Shown: positions 27,212 to 36,307 of the stretch, in pieces
Position numbering within the stretch: position 1 is the stretch's first letter
How the letters are laid out: each line of letters begins with the position of its first letter
From: Bacteroidales bacterium Bact_14
Lineage (GTDB): Bacteria; Bacteroidota; Bacteroidia; Bacteroidales; UBA932
Length of the DNA: 64,000 bases
Assembly: GCA_001602865.1 (NCBI GenBank)
Contig: LUZF01000004.1
Location: 15,686-79,685 of the forward strand
Reading direction: 5' to 3'
Made by a program: the position numbers and the translations under genes
Notes under the pieces: generated by a model
Database searches by the model: none
Seen by the model: the letters and a program-made list of their open reading frames with translations, nothing else
What the model was told of the DNA's origin: nothing

Positions 27212-27290
27212 GTCCTCAAAAACGGGCAAAAACAAGGACGGCACGGGCATATGATGCCTCGCGTCCTTAAAAAAGGCCGAAAACAAGGAT
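27212..27290 (+). repeat. two 28-bp direct repeats, 51-bp period
   Basis: GTCCTCAAAAACGGGCAAAAACAAGGAC (27212-27239) and GTCCTTAAAAAAGGCCGAAAACAAGGAT (27263-27290), 23/28 identical. Confidence 0.7.
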
Positions 27291-27299
27291 AGCGAGACA

Positions 27300-27474
27300 G
27301 AGGTCGTTGGCGGCGGGAGGAGGCGGAAGGGATAGATACGACTAAAACCTGTGGCCGCCCACGGCCTCATGAGTGGGCACAAGCCCGAGCGGAGCGAGGG
27401 ATAGGGACGAGCGGTCGAAGACCGCGAAGGGTTTCAGGCGATCTATCCCTTCCGGCGGCGAGAGGCGGTGGAGA
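27300..27474 (-). repeat. ~175-bp multi-hairpin repeat, copy B (inverted relative to copy A)
   Basis: Reverse complement reads TCTCCACC...CGCCGCCGGAAGGGATAG..CGCCTGAAACCC.TCGCGGTCTTCGACCGCTCGTCCCT...CTCATGAGGCCG.GGGCGGCCACAGGTTT.AG..ATCTATCCCTTCCGCC, colinear with copy A. Confidence 0.85.
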
Positions 27475-27669
27475 AGGTAAATTTCGTATATTTGTAAAGC
27501 AATTAGAGACAAGCGGTCGTCGAATCGGCCGATAATGAAATAAGGAGCAGGTAAGCCCTCCATTCTGGAGGCGGCTCCCTTCACCAGACATATTACGTAC
27601 TAGTTTACGGCCGCAAACTGCGGCCTTAAACTCGTTTCCACTTATTAATAACCGCTAATACCGTTTGTT

Positions 27670-28599
27670 ATGGCAAAGAATAATACTGAAACTTCAGAAC
27701 CGGTTGCAAGCAACCAGTTATCTTTAATTACGATAGAGAAAAGAATTATAACCATTCGTAATGTTCAAGTCATTCTGGATAGATATCTAGCAGACATGTA
27801 TCAGGTCGATGTTGGGTATATGAATCGTCAAGTAAAACGAAACCTAAAACGCTTCCCGGCTGACTTTATGTTTCAGTTAACCAAAGAAGAATACGATAGT
27901 TTGAAACGCCATTTTGGCATTTCAAACATACGGGGTGGAGATCGGCGGTTGCCTTATGCCTTTACGGAGCAAGGTGTTTCCATGTTATCGGGGTTGCTTA
28001 GAAGCGATATCGCAATAGAAGCAAACATACTTATTATGAGAGCTTTTGTCTCTATGCGGCACTTCCTGCTATCGAATGCCCAGGTATTCCAACGTTTGGA
28101 TCGAATAGAGTTAAAGCAACTTGAAACAGATCATAGAATTGAGCAAGTCTTTGAGAAACTCGAAGAAAAGTCTATCTCGCCAAAACAAGGTATTTTTTTC
28201 GACGGCCAAATATACGATGCCTATGAGTTTGTCTGCGGACTGATTAAAAGTGTCGAGACACGAATTGTCCTCATTGACAACTATGTGGATGAAACCGTCC
28301 TGACTATGCTGGACAAACGGGAGACGGGTGTTTCGGCAACTATCTACACGCAAAAGATATCACAACAGTTCCAACTTGATATTACTAAGCACAATGCCCA
28401 GTACCCGCCCATTGATGTTAAATTGTTCAAGAAATCGCATGATCGCTTCCTTATCCTGGACAATCAAGTGTATCTCATCGGGGCGTCCCTGAAAGACCTC
28501 GGAAAGAAATGGTTTGCGGTGTCCCTGATGCCAGAGACCGACCCGGAAATACTGCTCTCGCGATTGGAAGGAGGAGATGCCCGATCGGGTCGGGCATGA
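27670..28599 (+). CDS. ORF6N (KilA-N-like) domain protein with C-terminal PLD-like domain
   Basis: IRNVQVILDR.LA..Y.V....NRQVKRN..RFP.DFMFQLT and PYAFTEQGV.MLS. C-terminal IDNYVD...HDRFLILD...GASLKDLG. AT-rich. Confidence 0.88.
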   Translation: MAKNNTETSEPVASNQLSLITIEKRIITIRNVQVILDRYLADMYQVDVGYMNRQVKRNLKRFPADFMFQLTKEEYDSLKRHFGISNIRGGDRRLPYAFTEQGVSMLSGLLRSDIAIEANILIMRAFVSMRHFLLSNAQVFQRLDRIELKQLETDHRIEQVFEKLEEKSISPKQGIFFDGQIYDAYEFVCGLIKSVETRIVLIDNYVDETVLTMLDKRETGVSATIYTQKISQQFQLDITKHNAQYPPIDVKLFKKSHDRFLILDNQVYLIGASLKDLGKKWFAVSLMPETDPEILLSRLEGGDARSGRA

Positions 28600-28602
28600 C
28601 GG
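28573..28602 (-). repeat. GTCAT-type REP-like palindrome overlapping the ORF6N stop
   Basis: Reverse complement CCGTCATGCCCGA-CCCGA-TCGGGCATCTCC. Confidence 0.7.
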
Positions 28603-28739
28603 TGGAGGCGGGGCACGATGGTAGAGGCCTTTGACGCGGGAGGCACGGATAGGCGCGACTGGTCACTTTTTGTCCCTGACCCCTGCGATTCCGGGGAATT
28701 ATTCGTAAATTGCCGTGTTTCGACTAAATGAGTAGAGAT

Positions 28740-29162
28740 ATGAGAACACGTACCAAGATCGGCTGGATCGTTTCCGTCATTCTCGTGCTGGCCCTGGCGG
28801 CCTTCATCTATATCAAGTTCTACTTCGTCTTCGGCGAAGGGGTGAAGGCGGGCGAGCTGAACCAGCTGATGTACAAGGGATGGGTCTGGAAGACCTACGA
28901 GGGCCGCATCATCCAGGCGGGCTTCAAGGGCCAGAAAGGGACCAACGCCATCCAGTCCAACGAATTCAACTTCTCCGTCGTCGACAAGGCCGTCGCCGAC
29001 TCGCTGATGCGCTGCAGCGGCAAGACCGTCGAACTCCACTACCGGGAATACCGCGGCGCACTCCCCTGGCGCGGCATGCAGAAATACATCGTGGACGGCA
29101 TCCTGTCCGTCGAGAAGGCTGATAAAAGCACCGTAATCCCCATCGTGGCCGGGGATGAATGA
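28740..29162 (+). CDS. conserved hypothetical membrane-anchored protein
   Basis: N-terminal TM, EGVKAG.L....KG..WKTYEG, F.FSV, V.LHY.EY...LPWRG. Confidence 0.8.
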   Translation: MRTRTKIGWIVSVILVLALAAFIYIKFYFVFGEGVKAGELNQLMYKGWVWKTYEGRIIQAGFKGQKGTNAIQSNEFNFSVVDKAVADSLMRCSGKTVELHYREYRGALPWRGMQKYIVDGILSVEKADKSTVIPIVAGDE

Positions 29163-29175
29163 CCCACATTTGCGT

Positions 29176-31077
29176 ATGAAGAAATACTTTGCAGCGCTGC
29201 TCCTCCTGCCCTGGATGCTGGGAGCACAAACCACCTTGGATGTCCGGCCGGCCCACGAGGACGGCAAAGTCCTCACCATGGAGGACGCCAACACCAATGC
29301 GGCCGTTTTCCCCGGCCGCCTCACCGATATGCCGGCCGAATACAAGCGGGCGGAGCGTCCTGAGCTGCTGGCCGTTCCGAAGGACGGCAGCCTCTACTAC
29401 CGCAAGGCCGCGGACCCGGACGCGCCGCTGATTCCCGTCGCGCTGAGCGAGGACCCGCAGATCAGCTACGGCACCAGTGTAAGCCGCAACGAATTCGGCA
29501 TCAGCGGCGGCACCTTCTGGTCCCCCTCGCAGCGCAAGCTCGCCTTCTACCGCAAGGACGAACACCTCGTCACGGACTTCCCCCTCCTGGACATCAGCAC
29601 CCGCACGGGCACCCTGCGCACGATCAAATACCCGATGAACGGGATGGACTCGGAGCGCATCGCCCTGGGGATCTTTGATCTTGAGAGCGGCAAGACCGTA
29701 TGGGCGCAGGTCTCCGACTTCGGCGAGGACCGCTACCTGACGAACATCAGCTGGTCCCCGGACGAGAAATACGTCTTCATCCAGGTCATCGACCGAAGCC
29801 AGCACCATATGAAGCTGAATATGTACCGTGCGGACAACGGCGCCTTCGTGCGCACGATCCTCACGGAGGACAATGACGCCTGGATCGAGCCGGAAGACCC
29901 TATCCACTTCATCAAGGGCAGCTATGAGTTCATCTACCGGACCGACAACCGCGACGGCTACCGCAACCTCTACCGCTGCGACACGCTCGGGACCGTCCGC
30001 CGCCTCACGGCGGTCGACGCCGACGTCGCCTACCTCGACAACGACGGCCGCTACCTCTATTATACCTCCGCCGAAGTCTCCCCCGTCGAGAACCACCTTT
30101 TCCGGCTGGACCTCAAAAAGCGCAAGGCGGTTCCCGTGCGCCTCACCCCGGAGCGCGGCTGGCACACGGTGGCCCTGAGCGCCGACTTCAGCTGCTTCGT
30201 GGATGCGTACAGCGCCTTCAACGTCCCGCGCGTCTACAACCTCCGCGGCACGGACGGCAAACTCATCCGCGAGCTGCGGCGCTTCGACGACCCGCTGGCG
30301 GAATATGCGACCGGGCGCGTCGAGTTCGGTACCATCCCCAGCGCCGACGGCCGGTTTGACAACTACTACCGCCTCTACTACCCCGTCGGCTTCGACCCGG
30401 CGAAGAAATACCCCGTCATCCTGTACGTCTACGGCGGACCGCACTCCCAGATGGTCCAGGACACCTGGATCGGCAACATCCGGATGTGGGAGATGTATAT
30501 GGCCGAGCGCGGCTACATCGTCTACGTCCAGGACAACCGCGGCACCTCGAACCGCGGCGCCGCCTTCGAGAAGGCCATCAACCGCGCCTGCGGACAGGCC
30601 GAGATGGCCGACCAGATGGTCGGCGTCAACTGGCTCCGCAGCCTCCCCTACGTCGATGCGGACCGCATCGGCGTCCACGGCTGGAGCTACGGCGGCTTTA
30701 TGACGATCACCCTCGCGACCAACCACCCGGACGTCTTCAAGGTCGCCGTCGCCGGCGGCCCGGTCATCGACTGGAAATGGTACGAGGTGATGTACGGCGA
30801 GCGCTATATGGACACGCCCGAGACCAATCCGGAAGGCTTCGCCAGGACCGGCCTCGTCGCCAAGGCCCCACTGCTGAAGGGCAAACTCCTCATCTGCCAG
30901 GGCGCCATCGACAACACCGTCGTCTGGGAGAACTCCCTGAGCTTTATCCAGGAATGCATTTCCAACAACATTCCGGTCGATTATTTCCCGTATCCGAAGG
31001 CCGAGCACAATATGCGCGGCATCGAGCGCGTCCATCTGTACCAGAAGATTACCGACTACTTCAACGATTACCTGTAA
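29176..31077 (+). CDS. S9B dipeptidyl/tripeptidyl peptidase (DPP IV-like)
   Basis: YGGP, DNRG, GWSYGG, YGERYM. Catalytic D and H in GAIDNTV and AEHN. Signal peptide. Confidence 0.92.
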   Translation: MKKYFAALLLLPWMLGAQTTLDVRPAHEDGKVLTMEDANTNAAVFPGRLTDMPAEYKRAERPELLAVPKDGSLYYRKAADPDAPLIPVALSEDPQISYGTSVSRNEFGISGGTFWSPSQRKLAFYRKDEHLVTDFPLLDISTRTGTLRTIKYPMNGMDSERIALGIFDLESGKTVWAQVSDFGEDRYLTNISWSPDEKYVFIQVIDRSQHHMKLNMYRADNGAFVRTILTEDNDAWIEPEDPIHFIKGSYEFIYRTDNRDGYRNLYRCDTLGTVRRLTAVDADVAYLDNDGRYLYYTSAEVSPVENHLFRLDLKKRKAVPVRLTPERGWHTVALSADFSCFVDAYSAFNVPRVYNLRGTDGKLIRELRRFDDPLAEYATGRVEFGTIPSADGRFDNYYRLYYPVGFDPAKKYPVILYVYGGPHSQMVQDTWIGNIRMWEMYMAERGYIVYVQDNRGTSNRGAAFEKAINRACGQAEMADQMVGVNWLRSLPYVDADRIGVHGWSYGGFMTITLATNHPDVFKVAVAGGPVIDWKWYEVMYGERYMDTPETNPEGFARTGLVAKAPLLKGKLLICQGAIDNTVVWENSLSFIQECISNNIPVDYFPYPKAEHNMRGIERVHLYQKITDYFNDYL

Positions 31078-31078
31078 T

Positions 31079-33850
31079 ATGAAACGAACGATTCTCATCC
31101 TCGTCCTGGGAATGCTGTGCCTGGGGGCGAACGCCCAGAAAAAGGCACTCGACCACTCCGTCTACGACGGCTGGCAGTCGACCGCCAGCCCGGTCCTTTC
31201 CGAGGACGGCACCGTCGTCTCCTGGCGGATCACCCCGCAGGAAGGCGACGCGGAGCTGCATTTCTTCAACGTGACGACCGGCCGCGGCGAAAAGGTGGCG
31301 CGCGGCGGCGCCCCCAGCCTGACCCGCGACGGCCGCTGGGCCTTCTTCAAGATTTCCGCCCCCTTCGCCGACACCCGGCAGGCCCGCATCAAGAAGAAGA
31401 AAGCGGACGAAATGCCCAAGGATTCCCTGGGCTACCTGGACCTCAAGACCTTTGAGCTGAAGAAGCTGGCCGACGTCTCCTCCTTCCGGATTCCCTACGC
31501 CGGGCGGAACGTCGCCGTCTATGAATCCGGCAGCGGCGACAAGAAGAAGGTAATCGTCTTCGACCCGCAGACCGGCGCCGCCGACACCCTCCGGAACGTC
31601 GACAAATACACCCTTTCCCACGACGGGGAGAAACTCGCCGTCGTCTACAAGAAGAACAAGAAGGATTCCCTCTCCCGGGACGCCGTGGTCCTGCGCAACC
31701 TCGTCTCGAAGGACAGCACCCTGCTTTCCGAAGGGAAGAAATTCTACTCCGCCCCGAAATTCAACGCCGAGGGCGACAAGCTCGTCTTCCTGGCTTCCGC
31801 CGACTCCAACGCGACCGGCAACAAGCACTGCTCCGTCTTCCTGTACGAGGGCGGCCGCCGCGCCGAGGAAATCGTGGCCCAGGGCTATTCCTACGGGCTT
31901 CCAAAGGGCTGGAGCATCAACGAGAACAGCGCCCCCTATTTCTCGAAGAACTCCTCCCGCCTGTTCCTGGGCGTCGCCGAATGCCTCCCGGAGAACGACA
32001 CGACCCTGGTGGACTTCGAGACCGCGCGCCTGGACATCTGGAACTATGACATCTATCTGACGCCGCCGATGCAGAAGGCCCAGTCCGCGCGCCTGAAGAC
32101 CGCAACCGCCAAGGCCGTCATCAACCTGGGAGTGGACAAGGGGCACATCATTCCCCTCTCCACCTCCATCTTCGAACACATCACCCCGCTGGACGGCGGA
32201 GAGAGTCCCTGGGCGCTGGCCGTCACCGACGAACCCTACCAGATCAACTCGACCTGGGACAGCAACGAATACTCCGACGTCGCCCTCGTCAGCCTGGACG
32301 ATGGCAGCCGCCGCCCGCTCTTCACCGCGCTCGACGGCAGTCCCTCCCCTTCCCCGGAAGGCAAATACCTGACCTGGTACGACAACCGCGACAGCAACTA
32401 CTACAGCTACCGCATCTCCGACGGCAAGGTCGTGAACCTGACCGGCGGCGTGGACGGCACCTTCTACAACGACGAGGACGACCATCCGATGCCCAAGCCC
32501 CAGATCGACCGCCCGCACTGGCTGGAGGGCGATTCCGCCTTCCTGCTCGCGGACAAGTACGACGTTTTCCGCTTCTCCCCGGACGGCGGCAAGCCCGTCA
32601 ACGTCACCAAGGGCCAGGGCCGGAAAAACAACATCCAGTACCGCTACACCTCCATCGTCGTGAGCGGACGCCTCAACCCCGCCCTGACGGAAGCCGGCGT
32701 GCAGCGCGCCATCGGCCGCAGCGAGACGGTCTACCTGACCGCCTTCGACCGCACGACCAAGCAGAACGGTTACGCCACGGTCCCGGCCACCGGCAGCGGC
32801 ATCAAGCAGTCCTTCCTTGAGGAGAAAGCCTTCCCGGTCGTTGCCAAGGCAGGCAAAACCATCCTTTACCAGAAAGGCGACTTCCGCAACCCTTACGACA
32901 TCTACGCCACCGTCAACGAGTGGAAGAGCTCCGTCCGCCTCTCCCAGATCAACCCGCAGCAGGCGGAGTACCGCTGGGGCGACGTACAGCTCGTCCATTG
33001 GAACGCTTACGACGGCACCCCCCTGGACGGTCTCCTCTTCACCCCGGAAGACTATGATCCCAGCGGGAAATACCCGATGATGATCTACTTCTACGAGAAG
33101 AACGCCGAGACCCTCTTCAACTACCGTGCGCCGGCGCCCAGCCGCTCGACCGTCAACATTCCGTTCTTCGTCAGCCGCGGCTATGTCGTTTTCATTCCGG
33201 ACATCGTCTACAAGGACGGCCACCCGGGCGAAAGCGCCTACAACTGCATCTGTTCCGGCGCGGAAGCGATGTGCGCGCAGTTCCCCTTCATCGACAAGGC
33301 CAGAATGGCCATCCAGGGCCAGAGCTGGGGCGGCTACCAGACCGCCTACCTCGTCACGCGGACGAATATGTTCGCCGCGGCGGGCGCCGGCGCCCCGGTC
33401 GGCAATATGACGAGCGCCTACGGCGGCATCCGCTGGGAATCGGGCATGGTCCGCGCGATGCAGTATGAGCACGGCCAGAGCCGCATCGGCGCCTCCCTCT
33501 GGGACGAGGGCGGCCTCGACCTCTACATCGAGAACTCCCCCGTCTTCCATACCGAGAACGTAACGACCCCGGTCCTGATTATGCACAACGACAACGACGG
33601 CGCCGTGCCGTGGTACCAGGGCATCGAGTTCTTTATGGCGCTCCGCCGCTTCCACCATCCGGCCTGGCTGCTGGAGTACAACGACGAGGCCCACAACCTC
33701 GCCGAGCGCCGCAACGCGAAGGACCTCTCCGTCCGGCTCAGCCAGTTCTTCGACCATTACCTGAAGGGCGAGCCGATGCCGGCCTGGATGAAGACGGGCG
33801 TGCCCAACACCCGCAAGGGACAGTATTTCGGATTTGAATACGCAGAATAG
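31079..33850 (+). CDS. S9 prolyl-oligopeptidase-family peptidase
   Basis: GQSWGGY, HNDNDGAVPW, EAHNL. Beta-propeller N-terminus and signal peptide. Confidence 0.92.
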   Translation: MKRTILILVLGMLCLGANAQKKALDHSVYDGWQSTASPVLSEDGTVVSWRITPQEGDAELHFFNVTTGRGEKVARGGAPSLTRDGRWAFFKISAPFADTRQARIKKKKADEMPKDSLGYLDLKTFELKKLADVSSFRIPYAGRNVAVYESGSGDKKKVIVFDPQTGAADTLRNVDKYTLSHDGEKLAVVYKKNKKDSLSRDAVVLRNLVSKDSTLLSEGKKFYSAPKFNAEGDKLVFLASADSNATGNKHCSVFLYEGGRRAEEIVAQGYSYGLPKGWSINENSAPYFSKNSSRLFLGVAECLPENDTTLVDFETARLDIWNYDIYLTPPMQKAQSARLKTATAKAVINLGVDKGHIIPLSTSIFEHITPLDGGESPWALAVTDEPYQINSTWDSNEYSDVALVSLDDGSRRPLFTALDGSPSPSPEGKYLTWYDNRDSNYYSYRISDGKVVNLTGGVDGTFYNDEDDHPMPKPQIDRPHWLEGDSAFLLADKYDVFRFSPDGGKPVNVTKGQGRKNNIQYRYTSIVVSGRLNPALTEAGVQRAIGRSETVYLTAFDRTTKQNGYATVPATGSGIKQSFLEEKAFPVVAKAGKTILYQKGDFRNPYDIYATVNEWKSSVRLSQINPQQAEYRWGDVQLVHWNAYDGTPLDGLLFTPEDYDPSGKYPMMIYFYEKNAETLFNYRAPAPSRSTVNIPFFVSRGYVVFIPDIVYKDGHPGESAYNCICSGAEAMCAQFPFIDKARMAIQGQSWGGYQTAYLVTRTNMFAAAGAGAPVGNMTSAYGGIRWESGMVRAMQYEHGQSRIGASLWDEGGLDLYIENSPVFHTENVTTPVLIMHNDNDGAVPWYQGIEFFMALRRFHHPAWLLEYNDEAHNLAERRNAKDLSVRLSQFFDHYLKGEPMPAWMKTGVPNTRKGQYFGFEYAE

Positions 33851-33872
33851 ATAAAACGAACACAGTACGATT

Positions 33873-35030
33873 ATGTTAAGCAGAAAAGTCGCGGACCGTC
33901 TCGCAGGGATGCAGACGCCGTTTTACCTCTACGATATGGATTTGCTGCGCCTCACGCTGGAGAGCGCGGTCTCGATGGCAGCCCGGTACGGCTACCAGCT
34001 CCACTACGCCATCAAGGCGAACTATGACCCCCGCCTGCTGGAGATGATCCGGCAGTACGGGCTCGGCATCGACTGCGCGAGCGGCAACGAAGTCCGCTGC
34101 GCCATCGAAGCTGGCTTCGATCCCGCGAAAATCGTCTACGCCGGCGTCGGCAAGAAGGACGACGAACTGCGCTACGCCATCGACCAGGGCCTCTTCGCCA
34201 TCAATTGCGAGTCCCTGGAAGAACTGGACGTGCTCAGCGCCCTCGCCGTGGAGGCCGGAAAGAAAGTCACCGTCGCCCTCCGGGTCAACCCGGACATCGA
34301 CCCGAAGACCAACCACTGCATCGACACCGGCCAGGCCGACAGCAAATTCGGCATCTCCTATGAGGAGATCCTGGAGCACAGCGGGCACATCCGGCAGCTG
34401 CCGGGCATCTGCGTCCGCGGAATGCACCTCCACATCGGCTCGCAGATCCGCGAGCTGCACGTCTTCGAGTACCTGTGCGAGAAGGTCAATGTCATCGTCG
34501 AGAACCTCGAGAAAGCCGGCTTCCAGTTGGAGTTCGTCGACGTCGGCGGCGGCCTCGGCATCAATTACGATATGCCTGAGAATGAGCCGGTTCCGAACTT
34601 CGCCTCGGTCTTCGCCATCATCAATTCCCACCTGCGCGTCGGCGACCGTCCCGTCCACTTCGAGTTCGGCCGCGCCATCGTCGGCGAATGCGGCGAACTC
34701 ATCACCCGCGTCCTCTACAACAAGACGACCGCGACCGGCCGCAAGCTCCTCATCGTGGACAGCAGCATGACCGAGCTCATCCGCCCGGCCCTCTACGGCG
34801 CCTACCACAACATCGAGAACATCACCTCGAAGGAGGAGAAGCGCGAGAAATACACCATCGTGGGAACCGCCTGCGAATCGACGGACAAGTTCGACGAAAA
34901 CGTAAGTCTCCCCGTGTCAAAACGGGGAGACCTGCTGACGCTCAAGTCGGCGGGCGCCTACGGCCAGTCGATGGCCTCGCGCTACAACCTGCACGACCTG
35001 CCGCGTTCCGTCTACAGCGACGAGCTGTAG
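33873..35030 (+). CDS. lysA: diaminopimelate decarboxylase
   Basis: TPFYLYD, YAIKAN, HIGSQ, DVGGG, CESTD, GAYG. Confidence 0.93.
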   Translation: MLSRKVADRLAGMQTPFYLYDMDLLRLTLESAVSMAARYGYQLHYAIKANYDPRLLEMIRQYGLGIDCASGNEVRCAIEAGFDPAKIVYAGVGKKDDELRYAIDQGLFAINCESLEELDVLSALAVEAGKKVTVALRVNPDIDPKTNHCIDTGQADSKFGISYEEILEHSGHIRQLPGICVRGMHLHIGSQIRELHVFEYLCEKVNVIVENLEKAGFQLEFVDVGGGLGINYDMPENEPVPNFASVFAIINSHLRVGDRPVHFEFGRAIVGECGELITRVLYNKTTATGRKLLIVDSSMTELIRPALYGAYHNIENITSKEEKREKYTIVGTACESTDKFDENVSLPVSKRGDLLTLKSAGAYGQSMASRYNLHDLPRSVYSDEL

Positions 35031-35031
35031 G

Positions 35032-36222
35032 CTATTTCAGAACGCCGAGTTCCTTACCCACCTTGACAAACGCCGCAATGGCCTTGTCAAGGTGTTCTTT
35101 TTCGTGGGCCGCGGAAATCTGGACGCGGATGCGGGCCTGGCCCTTCGGCACGACCGGATAGTAGAAGCCGGTCACGAAGATGCCCTCCTCCGCCATCTTG
35201 GCGGCGAATTTCTGGCTCAGGGGCGCGTCGTAGAGCATCACGGCGCAGATGGCGGACTGCGTCGGCTTGATGTCGAAGCCGGCGGCCAGCATCTTCTCGC
35301 GGAAATACACGACATTCTCCTGCTGCTTCGTATGGAGCGCGTCGCTCTCCTCGAGCATCTTGAAGAGCTCGATGCCGGCGCCGACGATCATCGGCGGCAG
35401 GGAGTTCGAGAAGAGGTACGGGCGGGAGCGCTGGCGCAGGAGGTCGATGATCTCCTGGCGACCGGTCGTGAAGCCGCCGACGGCGCCGCCGAAGGACTTG
35501 CCGAGGGTGCCCGTGAAGATGTCGATGCGGCCGTAGCAGTCGAACTGTTCGGCCACGCCGTGGCCGGTCCTGCCGACCACGCCGGCGCTGTGGCTCTCAT
35601 CCACCATCACGAGGGCGTCGTACTTCTCCGCCAGGTCGCAGATCCTGTCCATCGGCGCGACGTTGCCGTCCATCGAGAACACGCCGTCGGTCACGATGAT
35701 GCGGAAACGCTGGGCCTGGGCCTCCTGGAGGCAGCGCTCCAGATCCGCCATATCGGCGTTGGCGTAACGGTAGCGCACCGCCTTGCAGAGGCGCACGCCG
35801 TCGATGATGGAGGCGTGGTTCAGCGAATCGGAGATGATTGCGTCCTCGGCCGTGAAGAGGGGCTCGAAGACACCGCCGTTGGCGTCGAAGCACGCGGCGT
35901 AGAGGATGGCGTCGTCCGTACGGAAATAGCGCGCCACGGCCTGCTCCAGCTCGCGGTGGCGGTCCTGGGTGCCGCAGATGAAGCGGACGGAGGACATGCC
36001 GTAGCCGCGCTCGTCCATCGCCTTCTTCGCGGCGGCCACCAGGCGCGGCGAGTCGGCGAGGCCGAGGTAGTTGTTGGCACAGAAGTTCAGGGCCTTGGAA
36101 CCGTCCTGGAGGGTGATTTCGGCGCCCTGCGGGGAGCAGATATTGCGTTCACGCTTGTACAGGCCGGCCTCGTCGATGGCTTTCAGCTCAGCCTGAAGAT
36201 GTTTTTGGAAAGAACCGTACAT
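35032..36222 (-). CDS. kbl: glycine C-acetyltransferase (2-amino-3-ketobutyrate CoA ligase)
   Basis: NFCANNYLGL, SSVRFICGT, ACFDANGG, GTLGKS, RQRSRPYLFSN, ARIRVQ. Confidence 0.95.
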   Translation of the reverse strand: MYGSFQKHLQAELKAIDEAGLYKRERNICSPQGAEITLQDGSKALNFCANNYLGLADSPRLVAAAKKAMDERGYGMSSVRFICGTQDRHRELEQAVARYFRTDDAILYAACFDANGGVFEPLFTAEDAIISDSLNHASIIDGVRLCKAVRYRYANADMADLERCLQEAQAQRFRIIVTDGVFSMDGNVAPMDRICDLAEKYDALVMVDESHSAGVVGRTGHGVAEQFDCYGRIDIFTGTLGKSFGGAVGGFTTGRQEIIDLLRQRSRPYLFSNSLPPMIVGAGIELFKMLEESDALHTKQQENVVYFREKMLAAGFDIKPTQSAICAVMLYDAPLSQKFAAKMAEEGIFVTGFYYPVVPKGQARIRVQISAAHEKEHLDKAIAAFVKVGKELGVLK

Positions 36223-36307
36223 ATGCTTATGATTTTGTCTGATTTCGTGGATTTACCTGTCAAATTTATGTAAAAAACAGTAATTTTGTTCCGCTAAAAC
36301 CAAAGAA

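Noticed and set aside
27212-27290. Possible mini-CRISPR
   Set aside because: Only two imperfect repeats with a 23-nt spacer and no cas genes.
23648-28602. Prophage, IS or classical integron
   Set aside because: No integrase, transposase or phage structural genes. The palindromes lack RYYYAAC/GTTRRRY attC cores, and no target-site duplication was found.
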